Shown here: piece by piece, positions 10,229 to 20,462 of the stretch
How positions within the stretch are numbered: the first letter of the stretch is position 1
Layout: each line of letters begins with the position of its first letter
NCBI GenBank assembly: GCA_963737265.1
Contig: CAVTRY010000015.1
Span: forward strand, 1 to 64,000
DNA from: an uncultured delta proteobacterium
GTDB taxonomy: Bacteria; Myxococcota_A; Polyangia; Fen-1088
Direction: 5' to 3'
DNA length: 64,000 nt
Program-made: the position numbers and the translations under genes
Notes under the pieces: generated by a model
Told to the model about the DNA's origin: nothing
Database searches by the model: none
The model's input: the letters and a program-made list of their open reading frames with translations, nothing else

Positions 10229-11002
10229 CTACCTGCGCCCCGCGAGATAGGCTTGGTAATTATGGGGCGTGCACCGGGATAGCAGACCCGCAAGGCAAGC
10301 CCTTATCGATGCCACGCTCACCGGCCTCGTCATGTCGGCGGGATGGATGGCGAGTCGGGTGTCCTTCGCAGCTCGCCCGCGCTGCACGGCTGCCCACCAC
10401 GACGTGGCGCGGGCCTCGACCGCAGTGAGAGATCCCCATCCCACGAGGCGCCGTGCATGCAACTCTCCGTTGGCGAAGATACCACCAAGCTCTTCGCAAA
10501 AGTCGAAGCCCTCGCCCCGAACGACAGCGCGGGCCCCGGGTGACAGCAGCCACGCCGGTGGGACGAAACTGGTGGTCGCCGCTTCAAGCCCGGCCCGACG
10601 CAGGATCGCGCGACCCCGGTCCAACCGCATTTTCGTGTCGCCGGCATCCGAACGATAGAGCTCGCCCTGGCCGCGGGCAAAACCATGCGCCCACAACAGG
10701 CCGTGGGGCGAGTAACACCGCCCAGACATGCGGTGGGAGTAGCCGTGCATGACCAGGGCGGCACCGTCGCTGGCCAGCGTGGTTAGCCAGTCCCGCGTGC
10801 CGGTGTCCTGATCGATCGCACATCGTTCCTCGTGATGGGGGATTACCAAGATGGTCAGGCCAGAAACTGGAACGCCGGCCGAGAGGGCGATATCCACGGC
10901 GCGGCGACTGTGCTGCAAGGTGAGCGGCGAGACATCGTGCACGGACACGAGCAACGCCGGTCGTGCATGAGTGGTCGTCGCCCCGTTGGAGTCCTGGTTC
11001 AT
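10229..11002 (-). CDS. DUF2334 / polysaccharide deacetylase (CE4-like) protein
   Basis: VSVHDVSP, MHGYSH, FVPPAW and LAIHPAD motifs. Confidence 0.8.
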   Translation of the reverse strand: MNQDSNGATTTHARPALLVSVHDVSPLTLQHSRRAVDIALSAGVPVSGLTILVIPHHEERCAIDQDTGTRDWLTTLASDGAALVMHGYSHRMSGRCYSPHGLLWAHGFARGQGELYRSDAGDTKMRLDRGRAILRRAGLEAATTSFVPPAWLLSPGARAVVRGEGFDFCEELGGIFANGELHARRLVGWGSLTAVEARATSWWAAVQRGRAAKDTRLAIHPADMTRPVSVASIRACLAGLLSRCTPHNYQAYLAGRR

Positions 11003-11021
11003 CCCATCCCGTCAGCAGGGT

Positions 11022-13445
11022 TCACGACGGGGTACGAATGCCGAGCGTCCTCACCATGGTCGTCCAAATATGCTCGAAATCCGCCTTGCGCCACAGCGCC
11101 AGCGTGTGACGGCGCCCGCCTTCCGCAAGCCGACTCGCGCAATCGGGATTGTCCAGCACGAGAGCAACCGTTCGCGCGAGATCTTCGGTTTCGGGCGCGA
11201 AAAACATCGCGGTATTGCCGTGGTCGAGCGACTGCGCGATGGCCGAATCGTCCGGGACCAGAATGGGAACGCCACTGGCCAGGGCTTCCAGATTGACGAG
11301 ACCCAGGGTATCCACGCGGCTGGCGAAGACGAACACGCGGGCCGAGGCGTAGAGGTTGCGCAAGACCTCGCCTTGTTGAAAGCCGAGGAAGACAACGAAT
11401 TCCTTGTCCCTGCATCGCATTTCCAGATCCCGTCGCAATGGCCCGTCGCCCACGATGACGAGCAAAGGCGGGTTCTCGCGCTCCTGCAGACTCTCCACAG
11501 CCGCCACCACCAGGGGAATGTTCTTCTCTTCCGACAGACGCCCGACGCTGAGAATGATGGGCCGGTCGCGCGTGTCGACGCCGAGGCCGGTAAAGGCGGT
11601 GGCCGAAGACTTGTGCGGCGAGAAGTCCGCCGGGTCGACCGCCACGGGCATGAGCGTGATGGTCCTTTCCGGCACGCCCATGGCGACCAGCTTGTCGCGC
11701 GAGGCTGGCGAAAACGCGAACACGCGATCCACCGCGCGGTAGAACCAACCAAGGTAACTGCGCGCCAGCTTGGCCAGGCCCGGTTCGCCAGTGAGGGCGG
11801 CAAGGAGATCCGGAAGGTCGGTGTGGTAGCTGGCCGTGACTGGCAGGCGCAACAGCCGGCCCGCTGCCAGGCCAGCCAGCCCCATCGGACCGGGTGTCGA
11901 CACTTCCACGTGCGTGATGCCTTTCCGCCACAGCATCTCCACCGTCGCGGCGAGCGAAGGAATGGTGAGCTCGAAGCCGGGATAGATGGGAAGGTCGAAG
12001 CGAGCCACGAGCGGGATGCGTTCTGCGTCGCGCGGTTCGTCCTTGCCCGCGGCTGCTTCGCCTGGGGGCGTGCTGCCGCAGGCCGCGAACCAAACCTGGC
12101 GGCCGGCCTTGCTGGCTTGCTGGCCGAATCGTCCGCACCAGATGGCGACGCCATCGACCTTGTCGAGGGAATCCGAAAAAACCGCCAGGCGTTCGGGCGG
12201 ATTCGGCGCCGGAAAGGTGGTCCAGTCCCGCCAGACGTCGCGGATCTGGCTTTCCTGCTTGGCAAAATGGTTGGCGGCAAAAAGCATCGGCGCGGCCGCT
12301 ACCAAGGCACCCGTCAGGTCGGGCAGGACCGCCAAGACACCGTAGATGTCGAAGGCCAGGATCGAGTCGGCCAGATTCTTGACGGTCTTGGCTAGCAGGG
12401 CATCGCTCATTTGCACGACCGCCGTGCTGACGCGTTCGTCGCACTCGGCGCTCGGCACCTCGGGCGTTCGGCTGATGTCGATGGCCGGCTGGCCAACATG
12501 GGCGATCTTGCTTGCGGACGCCACCAGGCTTTCCACCAGGGCGGTCGCTGTTCTGGTCGTATCCCGTGTAATTCGCGGAGGACGTCCGGCAATGCAGTCC
12601 ATCAGATCCACGAAGGGGCTCTGGCCGCGCTGCCCGTCCTTGCATTCGCGCCGGAAGTGCTCGTAGCTGGTGTGTTTGATACAAGCGGCCATGCGGTTCA
12701 TGTCCGCGGTGCTGCCTACCGGGCGCCCTTCGCCGCGCATGATCCTGTCGAGGAAGGCCGCAGCGTCGAGCTCGCCGTCGGTTGCGGTGAACACCGTGCC
12801 GCAGCGCCGGTGGACGTGATCGTCCGAGCCGGCGGTCAGCGCGGGCCGGCGCGCGCCACCCTCGGGAAGGGGAATTCCGTGTTTGCGCGAAAGCGCCTCA
12901 AGCACCTCGGGCGTTAGCGATCCCAGCAGATGCGCCATGCTTGGATCCGTCCGTCGGTCGACCAGGCCGTTGAGGGATTCGAGCGTGGAGAAGAGAACCA
13001 GGCTCTTTTCCAGCGTGACTGCGTCGAGCCGCCAGTTCGAGCTCAGCAGGGGATGAGCCAGACCATGCGCCAAACCAGTGGCGCGCAGGTAGCGCGACAG
13101 ATCGTAAATGTTGTCGCGTCGGCGCTGGAGCTCCTGGTGGTGGTCCGCGGTGATGTTCCACACGAGGACGTGCATCACGCAGCCGTTCTCGGGAAAGCGG
13201 GTCGTCACTTCCTCGGACAGAAAAAAGTCGGAACGGTCTAAAAGGCGAAGGCCGCCCTCGATGCTGTCGTGGTCGGTGAGGGTCACGAGCGTCATACCGC
13301 GTGTTTTGCACAGCTCGTACTGTCGCACGGGGTTGGCGTAGCTTTCCGGACAACCGAAGAACTTCGTGTACCACTCGTCGTTCATCACCGAGGCGTCCGA
13401 GTGTACGTGGAGGTCGCATCGGCTGACCGCATCAAAGGAATCCAT
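11022..13445 (-). CDS. PHP-domain + GT4 glycosyltransferase fusion
   Basis: N-terminal DLHVHS, TLTDHDS, AHP and AGSDDH (PHP); C-terminal YHTD, VGRLSEEKN, VGDGP and DTLGLVNLEALASGVP (GT4). Confidence 0.88.
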   Translation of the reverse strand: MDSFDAVSRCDLHVHSDASVMNDEWYTKFFGCPESYANPVRQYELCKTRGMTLVTLTDHDSIEGGLRLLDRSDFFLSEEVTTRFPENGCVMHVLVWNITADHHQELQRRRDNIYDLSRYLRATGLAHGLAHPLLSSNWRLDAVTLEKSLVLFSTLESLNGLVDRRTDPSMAHLLGSLTPEVLEALSRKHGIPLPEGGARRPALTAGSDDHVHRRCGTVFTATDGELDAAAFLDRIMRGEGRPVGSTADMNRMAACIKHTSYEHFRRECKDGQRGQSPFVDLMDCIAGRPPRITRDTTRTATALVESLVASASKIAHVGQPAIDISRTPEVPSAECDERVSTAVVQMSDALLAKTVKNLADSILAFDIYGVLAVLPDLTGALVAAAPMLFAANHFAKQESQIRDVWRDWTTFPAPNPPERLAVFSDSLDKVDGVAIWCGRFGQQASKAGRQVWFAACGSTPPGEAAAGKDEPRDAERIPLVARFDLPIYPGFELTIPSLAATVEMLWRKGITHVEVSTPGPMGLAGLAAGRLLRLPVTASYHTDLPDLLAALTGEPGLAKLARSYLGWFYRAVDRVFAFSPASRDKLVAMGVPERTITLMPVAVDPADFSPHKSSATAFTGLGVDTRDRPIILSVGRLSEEKNIPLVVAAVESLQERENPPLLVIVGDGPLRRDLEMRCRDKEFVVFLGFQQGEVLRNLYASARVFVFASRVDTLGLVNLEALASGVPILVPDDSAIAQSLDHGNTAMFFAPETEDLARTVALVLDNPDCASRLAEGGRRHTLALWRKADFEHIWTTMVRTLGIRTPS

Positions 13446-13766
13446 GAACCGTCGACGTTATGCCGTCTCTTTGTCAATGGACAGCTCTATTCCGTAATCC
13501 CGCGGCAAGCGCAGCGACATCGCGGAAGGCGGCAGAAAAAAGGGGCGCCTTTCCAGGATGGACGCGCCACCCAGTTGGAGCGATGAAGAGTGGTCGTAAG
13601 CGTCGTCGTCGTCGTGGCCTTGTGCGCCTATGGCGGGATACGGTTTTTCAAAGGCTTCGTGCTGGCAGTCCCGTGGAAAACACAGGTGGGTGGCGACGCT
13701 AAAATCCCCCGGTCCCGCGTGGCATCGACACTTGATTCGCGGCCGGCAAACGAACAAAGTCTCCCC

Positions 13767-14276
13767 ATGGACTTCCAAGAATTGATTCGCGTTCGTCGTA
13801 GTTTGCGCGGTTACAAACCCGATCCGGTCGCCGAGGATATTTTGCATCGCGTGCTGGGCGCGGGTCGGATAGCGCCAACCGCCGCCAATTTGCAGCCGTT
13901 CCATTTGATCGTCGTGACCGATGCCGAGACCCGCGCGCGCATGAAAGCCGTCTATGCGCGGGACTGGTTTCACAGTGCGCCGATCATTCTCGTTGGGTGT
14001 GTCGAATCGGAAAAGGCGTGGCAGCGCGGCGATGGCTTCAACTCCGCTGAGATAGATCTGGCCATCGTCATGGATCACATCATCCTGGCCGCCACCGAGG
14101 AGGGCCTCGGCACTTGCTGGATCTGCGCGTTTGACGAAGCCAAGGCCAAGGACATCCTCGGCATTCCCGCCGAGGTACGCGTGCTCGCCATGACCCCAAT
14201 CGGCTATCCTGATGCGCAGCCGCGGCCCTTTGCGCGCAAACCCCTTGCGGACCTGGTGCACAAGAATCGTTGGTAG
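13767..14276 (+). CDS. Nitroreductase family protein
   Basis: RRSLRGY, APTAANLQP and EGLGTCWICAF motifs. Confidence 0.9.
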   Translation: MDFQELIRVRRSLRGYKPDPVAEDILHRVLGAGRIAPTAANLQPFHLIVVTDAETRARMKAVYARDWFHSAPIILVGCVESEKAWQRGDGFNSAEIDLAIVMDHIILAATEEGLGTCWICAFDEAKAKDILGIPAEVRVLAMTPIGYPDAQPRPFARKPLADLVHKNRW

Positions 14277-14409
14277 TCGCGCTGGTAGCGAAACTCGCAT
14301 AGTCCGCTGCAAAATTCGCATGGGCAGCGACAAAGGATGCCAGAATCAGTGGCGATGCAGTCGGCACACCGCTTGCTTTGCCCCGGAGGAAGTCCTCGGG
14401 GAAGAAACC

Positions 14410-14916
14410 ATGACAAATCAGTCCATGACAAAGCAAGTAGGGTTGCTCCTGGCTGCGGTCAGGCGGCGCCAGCGCCAATCGGTCGAAGCGCGCGTTGCCT
14501 GCCTCGGGCTATCGAGCCAGCAATTCTGGGTCCTCGAGGCGCTCTACCAACGGGGTGAGTGCTCGCTCGGCGATGTTCTGGCCACCTTGCCGATGGATCA
14601 GCCCACGGCATCGCGCGTGTTGGCCGCCCTTGATGAACGCGATCTGGTCCGGGTGGAGAACGACCCATCCGACCGGCGCCGACGTTGTCTCCGCCTAACC
14701 GCCAGGGGCACGCGACTAGCCCAGCGCTGCGCAGACATCGCGCTCGAGATCCGCAAGGCAATCGTCGGGGGATTTTCGCACAAAGAACTTTCAGCCTTGC
14801 ATTCCTACCTCGATCGCTTTGTCGCGAACCTGGATCATCTCGACGTCGTCTCGCCGCCGCCGTCGGCCGCCGCCAGCGGGAATGCATTGGCGAAAGCACG
14901 CATGAGTGATAGCTAA
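14410..14916 (+). CDS. MarR family transcriptional regulator
   Basis: LSSQQFWVL, MDQPTASRVL and DPSDRR..LRLT winged HTH; heads the efflux operon. Confidence 0.9.
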   Translation: MTNQSMTKQVGLLLAAVRRRQRQSVEARVACLGLSSQQFWVLEALYQRGECSLGDVLATLPMDQPTASRVLAALDERDLVRVENDPSDRRRRCLRLTARGTRLAQRCADIALEIRKAIVGGFSHKELSALHSYLDRFVANLDHLDVVSPPPSAAASGNALAKARMSDS

Positions 14917-16285
14917 CAGACGCAACATGAGGTGGCTAGGCTCGAAGAGGCTGTGGTTTGTCGTCGTTCTCGCGGGCATCGCGGCTGGCGCGACCGCCGT
15001 TGTCGTCAAGCGCCGAAACACCAAGCCGGCGGTTCAGTGGGAGACCACGCCAATTGACCGCGGTCGCATCGTTGCTCGGGTCACCGCCACCGGCACGCTT
15101 TCGGCGTTGGTCACGGTGCAGGTGGGAAGCCAGGTGTCGGGCTCGATCCAGAAGCTGTTCGCAGACTTCAATTCGCCGGTGAAAAAGGGCCAGCTCATTG
15201 CCAAGATCGATCCGCGCCTATTCCAAGCAGCGCTGGAAAACGCGCGCGCGAACTTCGCGCAGGCGAAGGCCACGCTGATGAAGGACGAAGTCCAGGCCCG
15301 TTTTAACGAGCGGCAGTCCAAGCGTCAGGGCGCCTTGGTCAAGGACAAGCTCATCGCGCCGGCCGACTTCGACACCGCGGAATCCGCGGCCGGAACCTCG
15401 CTGGCGCAGGTGGAAGCGGACAAGGCCAACGTGCAGCAGGCGCGCGCCATCCTTCACCAGGCGGAGGTGAACATGGAGCTGACGAACATCGTGTCGCCAA
15501 CCGACGGGGTCGTGATCTCGCGCAATGTGGACGTGGGCCAGACCGTGGCCGCGTCGCTATCGGCGCCGATCATTTTCGTGATCGCCGAGGATCTGCGCAA
15601 GATGCAGGTGGATACCAGCGTGGCCGAGGCCGACGTGGGCAAATTGACCGCGGGCATGGACGCGACCTTCATGGTGGACGCCTATCCGGGTGAAAAGTTC
15701 AAGGGCAAGGTCCGCCAGATCCGAAACGCGGCCCAGACCGTGCAAAACGTCGTCACCTACGATGCGGTGATCGACGTGAACAATTCGGATTTGAAGCTTC
15801 GTCCGGGCATGACCGCGAATGTGAACTTCGTCTTCGCCAATCGCGAAGACGTCCTGCGCGTCCCCAACGCGGCGCTGCGCTTCCGCCCCGGTGCGGAGCT
15901 GCTGGCCGCGCTCAAGCTCGAAGCAGGAAGGCGTGGCCGAGGTGGCGAGGAGGCACCAGCGAGCGGCGATGCCTTGGCGGCTTCGGGTGCGCGAGCGGAA
16001 GCGGGCGATCGCCATCGGCCAGGGGCGGGTGGCGGATCCTCGGGCGGCAAGGACGAAGCACCGAATCGGCGATCGGTCTGGGTGCTGAGCGGTGCCGTGC
16101 CCCATTCGACGCAGATCAAGACCGGAACCAGCGACGGTACCAAGACCGAGGTCATCGATGGGGCTCTGGCCGAGGGCGATCAGGTCATCACCGATGGCAC
16201 GCTCACCGGCGGCGCGAAACCGCCCGCAAGCCTATTGCCTGGTGCCCCGGCTCCGCGCAGCGGCGGTGGGCCGCGGCCCTTCTAG
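14906..16285 (+). CDS. Efflux periplasmic adaptor (MacA-like)
   Basis: VTATGTL, VQVGSQVSG, IVSPTDGVVISRNV and LRPGMTA motifs. Confidence 0.9.
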   Translation: MIANRRNMRWLGSKRLWFVVVLAGIAAGATAVVVKRRNTKPAVQWETTPIDRGRIVARVTATGTLSALVTVQVGSQVSGSIQKLFADFNSPVKKGQLIAKIDPRLFQAALENARANFAQAKATLMKDEVQARFNERQSKRQGALVKDKLIAPADFDTAESAAGTSLAQVEADKANVQQARAILHQAEVNMELTNIVSPTDGVVISRNVDVGQTVAASLSAPIIFVIAEDLRKMQVDTSVAEADVGKLTAGMDATFMVDAYPGEKFKGKVRQIRNAAQTVQNVVTYDAVIDVNNSDLKLRPGMTANVNFVFANREDVLRVPNAALRFRPGAELLAALKLEAGRRGRGGEEAPASGDALAASGARAEAGDRHRPGAGGGSSGGKDEAPNRRSVWVLSGAVPHSTQIKTGTSDGTKTEVIDGALAEGDQVITDGTLTGGAKPPASLLPGAPAPRSGGGPRPF

Positions 16286-16293
16286 GTGCGGCG

Positions 16294-17040
16294 ATGGCGG
16301 GCGCGCTCATCGAGGTCAAACACGTGAGCAAGGTGTACCGGATGGGGGACGTCGAGGTACACGCCTTGCGCGACGTCTCGCTTGCCATCGCCGAGGGCGA
16401 ATCCGTGGCGGTCATGGGACCGTCGGGTTCCGGCAAGTCCACGCTCATGAACATTCTCGGCTGTCTGGATCGGCCAACGGCGGGCAGCTACCACTTGGTG
16501 GGGGAAGAGGTGTCGACCCTCGACCGCAATGCCTTGGCCAGGCTTCGTAATCGCACCCTCGGCTTCGTGTTTCAAAGCTTCAACCTGCTTGCGCGCACGA
16601 GCGCGCTCGAAAATGTGGAGCTGCCGTTGCTCTACGCCGGTGTTTCGGGGCGCGAACGCAAAAGGCGCGCCCGCGAAGCGCTCGAAAAGGTAGGCCTTGG
16701 CGACAGGCTCCACCACCATCCCAACCAAATGTCGGGCGGACAACAACAGCGCGTGGCCGTGGCGCGCGCCCTGGTTACGCAGCCGCGTTTGATGGTCGCC
16801 GATGAGCCGACGGGAAATCTCGATTCGCGCACGAGCGTGGAGATCATGGCCCTGTTCCAGGAGCTCGGACGCAGCGGCATCACGCTGCTGCTCGTGACCC
16901 ACGAGCCCGACATCGCACGCTATGCCTCGCGCGTGGTCGTCATGCGCGACGGCCTGGTGCAATCCGATCGGCGTCAGGCGCCGCTTTTGGCCGACGTGGC
17001 TGCGGCCCGCGCCGAAGCCGTGGCAGCGGGGATCCCATGA
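16294..17040 (+). CDS. ABC transporter ATP-binding subunit (MacB/LolD family)
   Basis: Walker A GPSGSGKST, MSGGQQQRV, ADEPTGNLD. Confidence 0.95.
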   Translation: MAGALIEVKHVSKVYRMGDVEVHALRDVSLAIAEGESVAVMGPSGSGKSTLMNILGCLDRPTAGSYHLVGEEVSTLDRNALARLRNRTLGFVFQSFNLLARTSALENVELPLLYAGVSGRERKRRAREALEKVGLGDRLHHHPNQMSGGQQQRVAVARALVTQPRLMVADEPTGNLDSRTSVEIMALFQELGRSGITLLLVTHEPDIARYASRVVVMRDGLVQSDRRQAPLLADVAAARAEAVAAGIP

Positions 17041-18266
17041 ATCCCTTGCAGGTTCTTCGCGTGGCCATCCGGGCGCTCCTGCGCAACAAGCTGCGATCGT
17101 TTCTCACCACGCTCGGCGTGATCATCGGCGTGTCCGCGGTCATCGCCATGGTGGCCATCGGCGAAGGCGCCAAGGCGCGCGTGGCGGACGCCTTCGCTTC
17201 CATGGGATCCAACATTCTCATCGTTCTGTCGGGCAGCACGACCACCGGCGGCAACCGTGGCGGGTTCGGCAGCTTGCCCACGCTGACCTGGGACGACCTC
17301 AAAGCCATTCGCTCCGAGTGCAGCGCGGTTCGCTACGCCACCCCGCAATTGCGCGGGTCGGCCTCGGTCATCAGTGAGGACCAAAACTGGGGCACGAGCA
17401 TCAATGGCATCTCGCCCGAGTTCTTCGCCATCAAGGATTGGGCGGTCGCGAGCGGCAGCAGTATTTCCCAATCGGACATCGAGGGCGGCACCAAGGTGGT
17501 CGTGCTTGGCCAGACGGTGGTCGAAAAATTGTACGGGCCGAGCTCGGATCCGGTGGGGCAAACGGTGCGCATCAAGAACTTTCCCTTCCAAGTCGTCGGC
17601 GTGGCCGAGCGCAAAGGACAATCCGTGACGGGGCAGGACCAGGATGACGTCGTGTTCATGCCGTATTCCACGTTTCAGGCCAAAATTCAGGGCGGTTTGC
17701 AGAAATTCGTTCCCGGTATCGTCATGGTCAGCGCCAACAACAGCGACGATACCGTGCGAGCGGAAAAACAAATGACCAACCTCTTGCGCGACCGCCATCA
17801 CATTCCCATCGGTGGCGACGACGACTTCTCCATCCGCAATCTGACCGAAATGATGACCGCGCAACAGGAGGGCCTAAATACCATCACGTCGTTGTTGGCC
17901 AGCATCGCCCTGGTGTCGCTGCTGGTGGGAGGCATCGGCATCATGAACATCATGCTGGTGAGCGTGACCGAACGGACGCGCGAGATCGGCATCAGGATGG
18001 CCGTGGGTGCGCGTCCGCGCGACGTTCTCGCCCAATTCCTGGTGGAGGCCCTGGCCCTGTCGTGCTTTGGCGGAATCGTCGGCGTGCTGTTGGGGCTGTT
18101 TGCGGCCAATCGGCTAGCCGGTCACTTTGGTTGGCCAGTGCTGATTCGTCCCGACATCATCGCCGTCGCGGTTTCCTTTTCCGGTCTCGTGGGCGTGATC
18201 TTCGGCCTCTATCCGGCCCTCAAGGCCTCGCGCCTGGATCCCATCGACGCCTTGAGGTTCGAATGA
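17037..18266 (+). CDS. ABC permease (MacB/FtsX family)
   Basis: LRSFLTTLGVIIG, GGIGIMNIMLVSVTERTREIGIRMAVGA and LDPIDALRFE. Confidence 0.95.
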   Translation: MNPLQVLRVAIRALLRNKLRSFLTTLGVIIGVSAVIAMVAIGEGAKARVADAFASMGSNILIVLSGSTTTGGNRGGFGSLPTLTWDDLKAIRSECSAVRYATPQLRGSASVISEDQNWGTSINGISPEFFAIKDWAVASGSSISQSDIEGGTKVVVLGQTVVEKLYGPSSDPVGQTVRIKNFPFQVVGVAERKGQSVTGQDQDDVVFMPYSTFQAKIQGGLQKFVPGIVMVSANNSDDTVRAEKQMTNLLRDRHHIPIGGDDDFSIRNLTEMMTAQQEGLNTITSLLASIALVSLLVGGIGIMNIMLVSVTERTREIGIRMAVGARPRDVLAQFLVEALALSCFGGIVGVLLGLFAANRLAGHFGWPVLIRPDIIAVAVSFSGLVGVIFGLYPALKASRLDPIDALRFE

Positions 18267-18273
18267 GGCAATC

Positions 18274-19635
18274 ATGAGTCTTCGCCAACTCGCCACGTTT
18301 CTCTGTGCTGGAGTCGCCATCTCAGGCGCCACTTGGGCCGGCGATTCCGAAACCGCGCCAGCCGATGCCGTCGCTTCGGCGCACACCGTGACCCTCGCCG
18401 AAGCAGTGCGGGCAGCGCGCGCACACCAACCGGCGCTGGCGCTCGCACGTGGAAATTTGGTCACGGGGGTCGGACTGGCCGACCAGGCGCGTGCCGCCCT
18501 TCTGCCCCAGCTCAATGCCAGCGCCTCCTACACTCGCGCAACCGACAACTTCGTCTTTCAGCCTGGTGGAACCACGCTCAACTCCAACGGCAAGCTGCTC
18601 CCGGCCCCGTCGACAGATACCTCGCCGTTGTTGCGATACGGCCTTAGCGCCAGCCAGCTGGTCTACGACTTTGGCGAGACTGTCAACCGCTACAAAGCTG
18701 CCCGTGTGGCGGCCGATGCTCTGGGCGAGAGCGTTCACGTCACCGAGGCACAGATCGACTACAACGCTCGCGTCGCATTTTTCACTGCCCGCGCCGCCAA
18801 AGATATGGTGGTGGTCGCCCGCGACACCATAGCCAACCAGGAGAAGCACCTGGGTCAGGTCAAAGGCTACGTCGCAGCCGGCACGCACCCCGAGATCGAT
18901 CTGACGCAAGCGCGCGCCGATCGCGCCACTGCCCAACTCCAGCTCATCAATGCCGAGAATTCCTACGCTGTCGCTAGGGCCATCCTCAATCAAGCGATGG
19001 GTGTCGAACGGTCGATCGATTACGACCTGTCGGACGAAGACTATCCCGCTGTCGAGGGCGAAGAGGGCGCTGTGGAGAAGTTAGTCGACGAAGCCAAACG
19101 CCTGCGTCCCGAAATGGCGAACCTGCGCCTCAGCGCCAAGAGCCAAGAGCTGACCCTTCGTTCCGCGCACGACATGTACTGGCCGCAACTGGCACTAAGC
19201 GGCAGCGCTAATGAAAGCGGTCCCTATTTTGCCGATCACCTGACGTATAACTTCAGCGGCATGATCGTCCTAACCGTGCCGATCATTCAGGGTGGGGCGA
19301 TTAACGCCCAGATTAGGCAGGCCGAGGGACAACTTGCGCAAGCTCATGCGCAGATCGAGACCCAGAAGCAGCAAGTTCATCTCGATGTGGAGCAGGCGCG
19401 CCTCGGTATCCGGGCCGCCAAGGGCGCCATTGCCGCCTCTGAGGACGCGCTGGCCAACACGCGCGATCGGCTGCGCTTGGCCGAGGGGCGCTACACCGCC
19501 GGCGTCGGCAGCATGATTGAGCTTGGCGACGCGCAAGTCGCGCTGACCACCGCCGCCGCTCAGCGGGTCCAGGTCCAATATCAGCTCTACACCGCCCGCG
19601 CGCAGCTAATCAAAGCCCTGGGCAGGAAAGACTAA
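18274..19635 (+). CDS. TolC family outer membrane efflux protein
   Basis: Signal peptide, two OEP repeats (LLPQLNASA; YWPQLALSG; RYTAGVGS..ELGDAQ). Confidence 0.9.
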   Translation: MSLRQLATFLCAGVAISGATWAGDSETAPADAVASAHTVTLAEAVRAARAHQPALALARGNLVTGVGLADQARAALLPQLNASASYTRATDNFVFQPGGTTLNSNGKLLPAPSTDTSPLLRYGLSASQLVYDFGETVNRYKAARVAADALGESVHVTEAQIDYNARVAFFTARAAKDMVVVARDTIANQEKHLGQVKGYVAAGTHPEIDLTQARADRATAQLQLINAENSYAVARAILNQAMGVERSIDYDLSDEDYPAVEGEEGAVEKLVDEAKRLRPEMANLRLSAKSQELTLRSAHDMYWPQLALSGSANESGPYFADHLTYNFSGMIVLTVPIIQGGAINAQIRQAEGQLAQAHAQIETQKQQVHLDVEQARLGIRAAKGAIAASEDALANTRDRLRLAEGRYTAGVGSMIELGDAQVALTTAAAQRVQVQYQLYTARAQLIKALGRKD

Positions 19636-19794
19636 GGGCTCGTCAGCGAATATCTGCAGCGATTTGGACGCCGATCCGTCCCGGCTGGCTTTGCTGCTCG
19701 TCGTTGCAATACGTCGAGTATTCCTCCTCCTCGCGCCTCGCCAGCCGGGCGCCCTCGTCGCCCAACTCGTAGCCATCTATTCTCTGACGAGCCC
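19636..19794. mobile_element. MITE (159 bp) with 17 bp TIRs and TAA target duplication
   Basis: Left GGGCTCGTCAGCGAATA; right end reads GGGCTCGTCAGAGAATA as reverse complement (16/17); TAA on both flanks; core shared with 45440..45605. Confidence 0.85.
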
Positions 19795-19892
19795 TAAGAA
19801 CGACCGCCGTTGTTGCAGGCGCCTGGCTAGCCCTAAGCTTCTCGGCTTCCAGCTTGCTTGCAGGGAGCACGGCAGTCCACGATACTGCGAAA

Positions 19893-20462
19893 GTGTCACT
19901 GAAGCTGCCCGACGATCCGCTTCCCTGGGAAGGCATCGACGAAGAATATTTGTTCCGCCGGCCACCCTGGCTGGTCCTGCGCCGCCAGCGTTTTCGTCTG
20001 CCAAACGGGCGCGAAATCGCGGATTACTGGATTTCGGAGTACCCGCCCTGGGTGAACGTCGTCGCCGTGACTCAAGATGACTGCCTTGTGCTTCTGCGCC
20101 AGTACCGGCCCGGCATCGCCGCCGTTCACTACGAGATTCCGGCCGGCGTGGTCGACGGGGGAGAGGACGTGGAGACCGCAGCCAAGCGCGAGCTGCGCGA
20201 GGAAACCGGGTTCGGCGGCGGGCACTGGACCCAGCTTTCGCGTTTGTCGGCCAACCCGGCCCTGCAAAACAACATCACCACGACGTTTCTGGCCGAAGGG
20301 GTGGAGCAACTTGGACCGCCCGCGCCCGAGTCCACCGAAGACCTGCGCATCCACCTGGTGAAGATGGGCGATGTCTTGCCGCTGTTCGACGCGGGCGAAA
20401 TGATCCAAGCCCTGCACGCGGCGCCGCTGCTGCGCTACCTGCTTGCTCGGGCCACGCGCTAG
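19893..20462 (+). CDS. NUDIX hydrolase (ADP-ribose pyrophosphatase-like)
   Basis: Nudix box EIPAGVVDGGEDVETAAKRELREETG. Confidence 0.92.
   Translation: MSLKLPDDPLPWEGIDEEYLFRRPPWLVLRRQRFRLPNGREIADYWISEYPPWVNVVAVTQDDCLVLLRQYRPGIAAVHYEIPAGVVDGGEDVETAAKRELREETGFGGGHWTQLSRLSANPALQNNITTTFLAEGVEQLGPPAPESTEDLRIHLVKMGDVLPLFDAGEMIQALHAAPLLRYLLARATR

Noticed and set aside
7808-12684. Long antisense or alternate-frame ORFs (e.g. 7808..9547, 10971..12395, 10999..12684)
   Set aside because: Arg/Ala/Pro-rich shadow ORFs overlapping well-supported genes, with no recognisable motifs
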